In this document: in pieces, positions 56,597-64,000 of the stretch
How positions within the stretch are numbered: the first letter of the stretch is position 1
Layout: every line of letters starts with the position of its first letter
Origin: Patescibacteria group bacterium
GTDB lineage: Bacteria > Patescibacteriota > Patescibacteriia > Magasanikbacterales > GWA2-37-8
NCBI GenBank assembly: GCA_041661385.1
Contig: JBAZUP010000001.1
Location: 354,560 to 418,559, forward strand
Direction: 5' to 3'
Length of the DNA stretch: 64,000 nt
Position numbers and translations under genes: made by a program
Notes under the pieces: model-generated
Told to the model about the DNA's origin: nothing
The model's database searches: none
What the model saw: only the letters and a program-made list of their open reading frames with translations

Positions 56597-57250
56597 TTAT
56601 TTACTAATTAATTCACGATAGGCATCTTGCCCGATCCAATGACTAGTTTTATTTTCACTGGCTTTTAATTTGGCGGCAAGTTTTATCGCTTCCCTCCGCA
56701 ATGCCAAATTACGCTTGCCGATTTGCCGGAGCGCCCAATTCACTGCCTTACGAACAAAGTTTCGTTCGTCAGTCGCGTGTTTTTCAATATACGGTAAAAA
56801 TGCTAAAAACTTTTCATCGCCAGCTTTTTTATCGTGCACAGCTAGTGTCGCCATCAGTACAAACCCCACCCGCTTTTCAAATTCCGGTTTACGCCGGGTC
56901 AGCTCTTTGGCTTTCGCGTGAGCAAATTTTGTCCGGTCAAATAAATTTCCACAAACCTGATCGCACACATCCCAAGAATCAATATCTTTTATCCACTTTT
57001 CAAACTGGGCCGGCGTAACTTTTTCCGGCTCGCCAATAAAAGCGGCCAGAATTTTTGCTTCATGAATACCCGAATACCAAAGTTGTTCAGCGAGCTTGTG
57101 GTCCTTGCCGATTTTTTTTGCAAGCTTACGAAGATAAACAGTTGAAATACCAAGTGTGCCTTTTTCGTTAATTCCAAACCGCGCCATGCCGGCGATATTT
57201 TTTTTATTGCGTTTTGATTTTAATAATTTAATTGCTTCTGAGTAAGTCAT
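56597..57250 (-). CDS. DNA alkylation repair protein (AlkD-like)
   Basis: GMARFGI, LW.SG.HEA, DSWDVCD, DERNFVRKAVNWALRQIGKRN. Confidence 0.9.
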   Translation of the reverse strand: MTYSEAIKLLKSKRNKKNIAGMARFGINEKGTLGISTVYLRKLAKKIGKDHKLAEQLWYSGIHEAKILAAFIGEPEKVTPAQFEKWIKDIDSWDVCDQVCGNLFDRTKFAHAKAKELTRRKPEFEKRVGFVLMATLAVHDKKAGDEKFLAFLPYIEKHATDERNFVRKAVNWALRQIGKRNLALRREAIKLAAKLKASENKTSHWIGQDAYRELISK

Positions 57251-57266
57251 ACTGACAAACCAAAAG

Positions 57267-57764
57267 TTATTCAATTTTCAAAATCTTGTATTCTACTTCT
57301 CCCTTTGGTAAAGATACTTTTACAATATCGCCAACTTTGCGACCAATCAAAGCATAACCAATCGGCGAACTGTGCGAGATTACCCCATTGTGTGGGCTTG
57401 ATTCTTCGGAACCAAGTATCTTATAAACAATCTCTTTGTCGTTCGTCAAAAGAGTGACAGTGTGCCCTACCATTATCTTGCTAAAATCTTTCATAGGTTT
57501 AATTTCTTCGGCGTGATTTAATTGTTTTTCTAATTCAAAAATTCGCTGATTCATACCCCGGAGTTTTCCTTTTGCAAACTGATAACCGGCATTTTCCGAG
57601 AAATCGCCGAGGTCGGCGAGCCGGCTTACTTCTTCAGCCTGTTTTGGTACGGCGTTTTTTAACCGAACCAGTTCGTTATTTAATTCGGAAATTTTTTCCG
57701 TTGAGAGCAGCGGATCTTGTTTTATCTGTAAAAATTTTCCGGCCTTTCGAATCGGTGTTCGCAT
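57267..57764 (-). CDS. GreA/GreB-family transcription elongation factor (start re-placed at ATG 57764)
   Basis: GDFSENAGYQFAK, GVISHSSPIG.ALIG. Confidence 0.9.
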   Translation of the reverse strand: MRTPIRKAGKFLQIKQDPLLSTEKISELNNELVRLKNAVPKQAEEVSRLADLGDFSENAGYQFAKGKLRGMNQRIFELEKQLNHAEEIKPMKDFSKIMVGHTVTLLTNDKEIVYKILGSEESSPHNGVISHSSPIGYALIGRKVGDIVKVSLPKGEVEYKILKIE

Positions 57765-57765
57765 A

Positions 57766-58995
57766 TTACCTTGCAATACTTTCTCCGGCGCGACGACCGG
57801 TTGCCCAAGATGCCTGCAGATTAAACCCGCCGGTAAAACCATCAATATCCATTATTTCTCCGCCAAAATATAACCCCTGGCAAACTTTGGATTCCATTGT
57901 TTGCGGATCAATTTCAGTGAGTTTAACTCCGCCGGCAGTAACAAATTCATCTCCTCCACCCTTGCCGACAGCGTTTAATGGTGCGCCTTTAAGCCAGATC
58001 GCGACATTTTTTAGCTCTTCATCTGTAATAATAGCATATTTCTTTTCGATTGCGATTTTGTTTTCAGTGCAGACTACCACGGCGACGGCCTCGGGCACAA
58101 AATTCCGGAGATAATTTTTAAACGATTGTTTCACATTGTCAACACTTTTCTCTTTGAGAGTTTTAAACAATTCTTCACTCGAAAAATCGGGCAATAAATC
58201 GATTTTAATAGGTAAGGATTTTTTCCGGTCAAACGACTCAAAAGCAACTAATGACGACAGAGCAAAGACTGCGGGGCCACTAATGCCGCTATGAGTAAAC
58301 AAAAATGGACCGGTAAATTTTTTTTCTTCGCTTCCCGCATAAATGGTTGCTTTTGGAAACGACACTCCGGCCAAATTTTTTGGCCAGGCTTCAGCCGTGA
58401 TAAACGAGTGCAAGCTGGGAGCGAGTTTGGTAATAGTGTGGCCAAGAGATTCAGCTAGTTCATAACCATCACCAGTTGAACCGGTGCCGCGATAAGCTTG
58501 CCCGCCAAGCGCGAACACCACCCTATCCACAACAAGCTCGGGAAAGTTTGTAAAATGAATTTTAAATTCTTCGCCAGATTTAACAATTTTATCAACCTTG
58601 TGCCCGGGCAATATTTCAGTACCGAAATCTTTAAAAATTTTCTTAAAAACATTTACCACATCTTCACCCTTATCGGAAACTGGAAACACTCGGTTATCGT
58701 TTTCGCACTTCAGTGGCACGCCATGACCTTCGAACCACTCCCGCACCGCACTGGGTGGAAAACCATAAACTGCAGAAGATAAAAACTTACTCCCGCGCGG
58801 GTAATTTTCTAAAATTCTTTTTACATCCTCAAGACCGGTGGTTACATTACAGCGTCCACCGCCGGAAATGATGACTTTTTTTCCGAGGCTAGTATTTTTT
58901 TCAATCAAAAAAACTTCCGCTTTCGGACTAAGTTCATTAATTGTCGCGGCGCACATCATGCCGGCCGCACCACCGCCGATTATCGCAATTTTCAT
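57766..58995 (-). CDS. HI0933/BaiN-family NAD(P)/FAD-dependent oxidoreductase
   Basis: GGGAAG, KVIISGGGRCNVT, FTHSGISGP, VTAGGV, GFTGGFNLQ. Confidence 0.93.
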   Translation of the reverse strand: MKIAIIGGGAAGMMCAATINELSPKAEVFLIEKNTSLGKKVIISGGGRCNVTTGLEDVKRILENYPRGSKFLSSAVYGFPPSAVREWFEGHGVPLKCENDNRVFPVSDKGEDVVNVFKKIFKDFGTEILPGHKVDKIVKSGEEFKIHFTNFPELVVDRVVFALGGQAYRGTGSTGDGYELAESLGHTITKLAPSLHSFITAEAWPKNLAGVSFPKATIYAGSEEKKFTGPFLFTHSGISGPAVFALSSLVAFESFDRKKSLPIKIDLLPDFSSEELFKTLKEKSVDNVKQSFKNYLRNFVPEAVAVVVCTENKIAIEKKYAIITDEELKNVAIWLKGAPLNAVGKGGGDEFVTAGGVKLTEIDPQTMESKVCQGLYFGGEIMDIDGFTGGFNLQASWATGRRAGESIAR

Positions 58996-59002
58996 TTAAT
59001 AT

Positions 59003-59374
59003 TTATAAACAACCTTTCGCCTTAAACATATCGACTGGAGTCGGGGCTGCGCCGGCTTTAATTTCCGCGACGCGTTGTGCCCCCAAGGCAGCAGTAAAAC
59101 AAGCTTCCATGGCCGGAGTAATTGTAGTCGGTAATTTTGCCGGGTCAATGCCAACCGCTTTAAGCGCCGCTTCTTGCTGAGCATTAATAAGCGGATTTTT
59201 TACAGTAGTCGTGGTACCGGCTTTCGTGGTGGTACTAGTTGCCGGCGAAGTAAAGGTTTTAATAAATGGCTTTATACCATACGGATCGGCAACAAACAAA
59301 TACACTCCCACAATAATAATCAAAAAGAAAATTACGCCGAGCGTGATAAAAAATATTTCCAAGAATTTTTTCAT
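59003..59374 (-). CDS. Hypothetical membrane-anchored protein
   Basis: N-terminal TM, Thr-rich linker, Cys pair. Confidence 0.7.
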   Translation of the reverse strand: MKKFLEIFFITLGVIFFLIIIVGVYLFVADPYGIKPFIKTFTSPATSTTTKAGTTTTVKNPLINAQQEAALKAVGIDPAKLPTTITPAMEACFTAALGAQRVAEIKAGAAPTPVDMFKAKGCL

Positions 59375-59385
59375 AATTTTATAGA

Positions 59386-59754
59386 TTAACTAATAATTGA
59401 ATTCTTTTTACGTAAACCGAAAATAATAGGCAAAAGAAAAGTTATTACATAATATAAATAAACATCCAGTTTATAATATCCGTCCGCTGGCTTTAACATC
59501 TTTACCAAAAATATATAATCTAAAACAATCGCAAGCATGGTCCAAACTACCGCTAATTTTAAATAATACTTTAGCGACTCACCTTTTATTTTTTTAAATA
59601 ACACCCACAGCGCAAAAACAATACCAAACGGCATAATCACCCACCCCAGCAGATTTGCAGGAACCAAAGCAAAAAACACAAAACCGAGAATATATCCAAA
59701 TAACCAAAGAACGAATCCCCAACCCAGCGCGTCTTTGTAAAATTGTTTTAACAT
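59386..59754 (-). CDS. Hypothetical 4-TM membrane protein
   Basis: Hydrophobic ORF with operon spacing. Confidence 0.7.
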   Translation of the reverse strand: MLKQFYKDALGWGFVLWLFGYILGFVFFALVPANLLGWVIMPFGIVFALWVLFKKIKGESLKYYLKLAVVWTMLAIVLDYIFLVKMLKPADGYYKLDVYLYYVITFLLPIIFGLRKKNSIIS

Positions 59755-59755
59755 A

Positions 59756-60151
59756 TTACTTGTTTAGATAAGTAATTGTTAATTGTAAAACTGTTGCAAA
59801 AGAAACCCAAAGTAAGTACGGAATTTGAATGTACGCGAGCCATTTGGCAAATGGATAAATCGCTACCATCGCCCAAACCAAAGTACAAAGCACTAGTAAA
59901 ATATCCACAGCTGCCAAAAAATTATTTTTAAGCCCGAACTGTAAATAAGTAAAAATAAAATTAAAAAACAAATTAAGAATAAAGGGCAAATAAACAATCG
60001 GGGAAATTTCTTTTTTAATGGCCATCAGGAATACTTTGCCGAATGAAATAGCGATTAGAATATATAAAAAAGTCCAAACTGGTCCAAACAGCCAAGATGG
60101 CGGCGACCATTTCGGCTTGATAAGCTGCGAATACCAATTGTAAGCGTTCAT
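59756..60151 (-). CDS. tspO: TspO/MBR tryptophan-rich sensory protein
   Basis: WY..L.KP.W.PP.W.FGPVWT.LY, PYLLWVSFAT.L. Confidence 0.9.
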   Translation of the reverse strand: MNAYNWYSQLIKPKWSPPSWLFGPVWTFLYILIAISFGKVFLMAIKKEISPIVYLPFILNLFFNFIFTYLQFGLKNNFLAAVDILLVLCTLVWAMVAIYPFAKWLAYIQIPYLLWVSFATVLQLTITYLNK

Positions 60152-60178
60152 ATTTTACAAATGATTTATACCGCCATT

Positions 60179-60499
60179 TTAAAAATTTTTCGAAATAAGA
60201 AAACTTGCTCCAAAAACCAGAACCATAGAAATAAATAGCCAACCGACCACATAAAAAAACAAGCTGACGGCATCTTTTTTCTGGCCGTCTAAATACCAAA
60301 GTATTGACCGGCCGAGAGTGAGCCCAGCGGTGATAGACGCCGACACTACAAACAACAATAAGACCGCGATTGGCGTGAGAAAAGTATCCTTCGGCCCGAT
60401 AACTCGATTTGCATTTTGCATAACGGTCGCAATCAAGGTGATATAAGCGACAACTCCCAAAGCCTGCAAAAACGAAAGTTTCAATAATTTTTTGTCCAT
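60179..60499 (-). CDS. Hypothetical 3-TM membrane protein
   Basis: Hydrophobic ORF, 106 aa. Confidence 0.7.
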   Translation of the reverse strand: MDKKLLKLSFLQALGVVAYITLIATVMQNANRVIGPKDTFLTPIAVLLLFVVSASITAGLTLGRSILWYLDGQKKDAVSLFFYVVGWLFISMVLVFGASFLISKNF

Positions 60500-60509
60500 A
60501 TTTTATTTT

Positions 60510-60821
60510 TTAAGAATTAATTCCAAAAAATTTTCTCATTTTTCTAAATTTTGAATCGTACCTTCTTTCCACATAAATCACCCGCCAAAAATATCGCCCG
60601 GCGAGAAAACCGCCAATAACACCAGTCGCAATGAGCGTGAACTGAACGACGGTTGGTAAAACGCAGTATCCGGAACCAAACGCTGTGTAATTATATAAAA
60701 TAATATTTTTTCGAAGCGCGTACTCAATCATTTTTATTTCAATGATTGCGTGCGCGAGAAAACTAAGCATGAGACCGAGTACTACCCAAGAAAAAATATA
60801 AAAGTATTTTTTTAATTTCAT
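60510..60821 (-). CDS. Hypothetical 2-TM membrane protein
   Basis: ATG at 60821 overlaps the upstream stop codon (ATGA). Confidence 0.65.
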   Translation of the reverse strand: MKLKKYFYIFSWVVLGLMLSFLAHAIIEIKMIEYALRKNIILYNYTAFGSGYCVLPTVVQFTLIATGVIGGFLAGRYFWRVIYVERRYDSKFRKMRKFFGINS

Positions 60822-61567
60822 ACCGTTTTCTTTTTTACTGCGTCTACATAACTGCAATAATCGCAGGTTTTACCCGCTTTAGGTATTGTATCACTTTTTA
60901 AACAATTACAAGCTTCTACCACTGCTTGCTCCACCCACGAATCATCGCCAACATAAGAAATAAGAGTGATATCAAACTCAAGCTTACCATCAAACGCCTC
61001 TCGGTCGGTCTGACCATTACAATAAACAAAATAGCCGGTCGAAGAAACTTTATACCCGTTTTGGCGGAGCAACCACTGATATATTTCCATCTGTCGCTTG
61101 TAACCAATCTGCCAGTCTTTATCTAGCGCTAATATTTCTTCGTCTTTCGAAGTCGCCTTATAATCGACGACAATATATTCCCCTTTTGAGTTTTGCCAGA
61201 GATCATCGATCGCGCCCGAAACCGTGATACCCGTTGGCTTATGGAAATATTGGATACCGGTAAAGTTATGCCGCCATTTTTCCAAATCTTCATGCGCGAC
61301 CGGTATGGCGTCAATTTTGTATTTCGCCATCAGCGGGTGCTGGGTGCCATTCGCGCGGTGAATATCAAATTCAAGTTTGAGAAGTTTATCAACGGCGGAG
61401 TTCAGGTTAAAAGGAAAACCCTTGGGGCGGCTGGTGCCGAGTTTGTTGTCTAAATAAAAACAGCGGGGGCAGCTCAAAAATAAGTCGATTTTACTGCGGC
61501 TGAGCTTCCAGTTGTTTCCGCCGTAGTTCCAGGCGGGAGAGCGGTTGGGGTTGTAATATTCAGACAT
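60818..61567 (-). CDS. PD-(D/E)XK nuclease superfamily protein (AddB/Cas4-like)
   Basis: SRSKI...CPRC, GAIDD, VVDYK, QMEIY, C-terminal CDYC. Confidence 0.88.
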   Translation of the reverse strand: MSEYYNPNRSPAWNYGGNNWKLSRSKIDLFLSCPRCFYLDNKLGTSRPKGFPFNLNSAVDKLLKLEFDIHRANGTQHPLMAKYKIDAIPVAHEDLEKWRHNFTGIQYFHKPTGITVSGAIDDLWQNSKGEYIVVDYKATSKDEEILALDKDWQIGYKRQMEIYQWLLRQNGYKVSSTGYFVYCNGQTDREAFDGKLEFDITLISYVGDDSWVEQAVVEACNCLKSDTIPKAGKTCDYCSYVDAVKKKTV

Positions 61568-61907
61568 AAAGATATTTTATAAAATCTCGTTTCGTGCCTT
61601 CGGTTTTAGGAAAGATTGGTATATTTAATTCTTTCGCTAGTGCAATTTCTTCTTCCATTCCTTTTGATATTCGGTCGCCATATAACCATAATTCATCCAC
61701 AAATTTTCGATGAAAACATTCAAAATTTGCGATTTTCCCTAATTCCCTGTCTACAATAACATCATCATTAAGATACTGCAGAGAAACTAAATACGGAGCT
61801 ACGGGTACTAGGTGCTCTGAGTGAATTTCATAGCAAATTGAAATAACTTTTTGAATATTATTTTTTACGTCGCCACCAATCGGATGACCAATAAAAACTG
61901 TTTTCAT
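61560..61907 (-). CDS. DUF4406/nucleoside-deoxyribosyltransferase-like small protein
   Basis: VFIGHPIGG, PVAP, DELWLYGDRISKGMEEEI..A..LNIP. Confidence 0.7.
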   Translation of the reverse strand: MKTVFIGHPIGGDVKNNIQKVISICYEIHSEHLVPVAPYLVSLQYLNDDVIVDRELGKIANFECFHRKFVDELWLYGDRISKGMEEEIALAKELNIPIFPKTEGTKRDFIKYLYV

Positions 61908-61909
61908 AT

Positions 61910-62662
61910 CTATACCTTCTGAAAAATAAACAGATGTTCGTGCATTATCAAAAGGAAATTTGCTTCTTTTGATTTGTTTACCCAAAAACCAGTCGCTTTA
62001 CAATTAAATTGTCTTTTTATAATATCTTCTTTTAATTTAAAACCAACGTTCAAAAACTCATTCATCACTCGAAAAGCCATCGGTTGATACATTTTTTTAC
62101 GGCGGGTATCTCCCATCAAAATAGCGCAAAACTTTCCAGGTTTTAAAACTCGATATAATTCTTTTGCAACCAAACCGCACTGCTTCACAAATTCATCAAT
62201 ATCATTAATATTTGATAGATCTTCTTTTATTTTGCCGTCGCTGTATTTAATTATATCGGCGTAAGGCGGATGTGTAAGAACAAAATCAATCTCTTCATTC
62301 TTTATAAATGTCATTTTTCTGGCATCACATTTAATTATCCTTTGTTTCGATTTGGTTGGCGCATCAAATTTTAAGGCTTCTTTTGTTCTGTTTAGGGCTT
62401 TCTCGTTTACATCCACGCAAGTAATATGCCGATTTAATATTTTTGCTTCAATCGCTGTAGTTCCCCCACCAACCATGCAATCCAAAAGATGGTCTCCCTC
62501 CTTGGAGTACCTTAGAATTAAATTGCGCACTACTTCGGGTGCCCAATTTCCTCGCCAGTCAGATGTGTGTGTCGCCCAATTTCCTCGCCTCGGAAACGAC
62601 CAAACGGTAGTACACTCCATTTCAAAGGCGTCTGGTTGAAGTTTAAAATCTTTTTGAGACAT
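61910..62662 (-). CDS. Amino-DNA methyltransferase (N4-C or N6-A)
   Basis: LDCMVGGGTT motif I, THPPY motif IV, RVLKPG. Confidence 0.85.
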   Translation of the reverse strand: MSQKDFKLQPDAFEMECTTVWSFPRRGNWATHTSDWRGNWAPEVVRNLILRYSKEGDHLLDCMVGGGTTAIEAKILNRHITCVDVNEKALNRTKEALKFDAPTKSKQRIIKCDARKMTFIKNEEIDFVLTHPPYADIIKYSDGKIKEDLSNINDIDEFVKQCGLVAKELYRVLKPGKFCAILMGDTRRKKMYQPMAFRVMNEFLNVGFKLKEDIIKRQFNCKATGFWVNKSKEANFLLIMHEHLFIFQKV

Positions 62663-63420
62663 TAAATAATTTTATACTTTTTTGACTTTGCAAGTTTTAT
62701 TGAATCGTAATTATTTTTATCTGTAAATTCATATTGCCAAATCAGATATTCATCAACTCTTTTTTCAAAAAATAATAGAAAAACTTTTTTCTTTGTATGC
62801 TCCGACCATTGTCTATAAGGGTAATACAACTGCCTAATTATTGTATTTTTCGTGGATGAATTCTTTGCCTCAATTAAAACAACTTTGTTTTTTCCCTCAT
62901 AACCTGCATCTACTTCTGTTTGCACCCCTTTTGTTTCAACTATATTATTACCTACTTTATAAGTAAATTCGGGAGTATATTTTCTACCACGAATAGTGAG
63001 AACAAGACTCGGATCTTGCATAAAAGTTCTAATTAGACTTGAGGCATAAGCAAAATCAAGATGTTGCATCTCTGAGTTGCCTATTTTTGTCGTATCTAAA
63101 TCAAAATCAAGTTTAGTATTGTATATTTCTGCGTCACCTTTAATATCTGGGATGTCGACATACCCTTCTCCTTTTACAATAACGTAAAACTTATTTTTAA
63201 CAGGTAATAAAATTAAACCATTTTTCTTCATTATATCGGGAACACTTTCGCGTGTGTCCATTTTACACAAAATCCGCACTTCTTTTTCAGAAGTGTTTTT
63301 AAAATCTTGGACAGATTTCTTTATATCCTTTGCAGATAAATAAAAGGGTTGTTTAGAAAAATCATTTTCCAAAATTTTATTATCATCAAATATTTTTTTC
63401 CATGAATTATTGTTTGCCAT
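62662..63420 (-). CDS. Putative type II restriction endonuclease
   Basis: QTEVDAGYEG...LIEAKN PD-(D/E)XK motif and IRQLYYPYR; flanked by two methyltransferase genes. Confidence 0.75.
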   Translation of the reverse strand: MANNNSWKKIFDDNKILENDFSKQPFYLSAKDIKKSVQDFKNTSEKEVRILCKMDTRESVPDIMKKNGLILLPVKNKFYVIVKGEGYVDIPDIKGDAEIYNTKLDFDLDTTKIGNSEMQHLDFAYASSLIRTFMQDPSLVLTIRGRKYTPEFTYKVGNNIVETKGVQTEVDAGYEGKNKVVLIEAKNSSTKNTIIRQLYYPYRQWSEHTKKKVFLLFFEKRVDEYLIWQYEFTDKNNYDSIKLAKSKKYKII

Positions 63421-63427
63421 AAATAAT

Positions 63428-64000
63428 TTAATAATTTGTTACCAAAACTTCGTTTACCTTCCCCCTCTTTGAAGCATCCGAATTAATCATACGTCCGGCA
63501 GCAACAACCGATACTCTAATGCCTTTGATCCCAGAATATATTTTTTTTATTAATGGAGTATCTGAATTTGAAAGCATAACAAAACATCCTCGCTTGTGGA
63601 GTTCAACAAAAGTGTCCCGAAGCTCAATTTGCTCCTTTTCAAAAAATGAACTATTCGTATATGAAGTAAACGAAGCAGTTTTACTTACTGGATAATACGG
63701 TGGATCAAAATAAATAAAATCACCTTTCTTGGCTTTCTTCAAAACCATTTTGTAATCACTGTGTTTTATTTCAACATTTTTAAGCGCTTTTGAAACCTTG
63801 CGCAAATTTACCTCGTCACAAATTCGCGGATTTGTATATTTGCCATATGGCACATTGAACAGCCCCTTACTATTTACTCGATATAAACCATTAAAACAAG
63901 TTCGGTTCAAATATACGAATCGAGTCGCTATCGCTAGGTCGCTCATTTTTTTCGTATTGCGGACTCGTATTTTCAAAAAATATTCTTTATCGGTTTTCTG
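63428..64000 (-). CDS. Dam-family DNA adenine methyltransferase (3' part; 5' end beyond the window)
   Basis: YLNRTCFNGLYRVN.KG.FNVPYG, IYFDPPY, MLSNS; frame open to the window edge. Confidence 0.93.
   Translation of the reverse strand, partial: QKTDKEYFLKIRVRNTKKMSDLAIATRFVYLNRTCFNGLYRVNSKGLFNVPYGKYTNPRICDEVNLRKVSKALKNVEIKHSDYKMVLKKAKKGDFIYFDPPYYPVSKTASFTSYTNSSFFEKEQIELRDTFVELHKRGCFVMLSNSDTPLIKKIYSGIKGIRVSVVAAGRMINSDASKRGKVNEVLVTNY

Noticed and set aside
60818-61567. Cas4 of a CRISPR-Cas system
   Set aside because: No cas1, cas2 or array nearby; treated as a stand-alone PD-(D/E)XK nuclease.

Overview
AT-rich bacterial chromosome segment in standard genetic code with nearly all genes on the minus strand. 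The gene content suggests Patescibacteria/CPR (homodimeric GlyRS, Ser/Thr-rich giant surface proteins, GC-rich palindromic repeats); this assignment is an inference. Left part: secA (partial), a Cu(I) P1B-ATPase operon, a PIF1-like helicase and DUF genes. About 13.9-41.5 kb is accessory DNA downstream of tRNA-Trp. It holds a small XRE/membrane/MBL-hydrolase islet and then a ~23.5 kb putative serine-recombinase element (GCAGG core at 17961 and 41460). That element carries a CBASS operon (HNH-SAVED plus CD-NTase-AGS-C) headed by a LexA-like repressor with a palindrome in its promoter, a ParB-methyltransferase/HTH/recombinase backbone, and a secreted module (inactive-transglutaminase-amidase protein, small membrane protein, 3008-aa multidomain protein). 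A free-standing HNH endonuclease gene overlaps the tRNA-Trp 5' end, and its promoter contains a canonical tRNA-Trp anticodon-arm sequence. Right part: rpmG, three more tRNAs, tpiA, an M16 peptidase, glyQS with a compact T-box leader, a 1915-aa Fn3 surface protein, repair genes and a type II R-M locus. No CRISPR array or rRNA was seen. All calls come from motif recognition by eye; no database searches were run.
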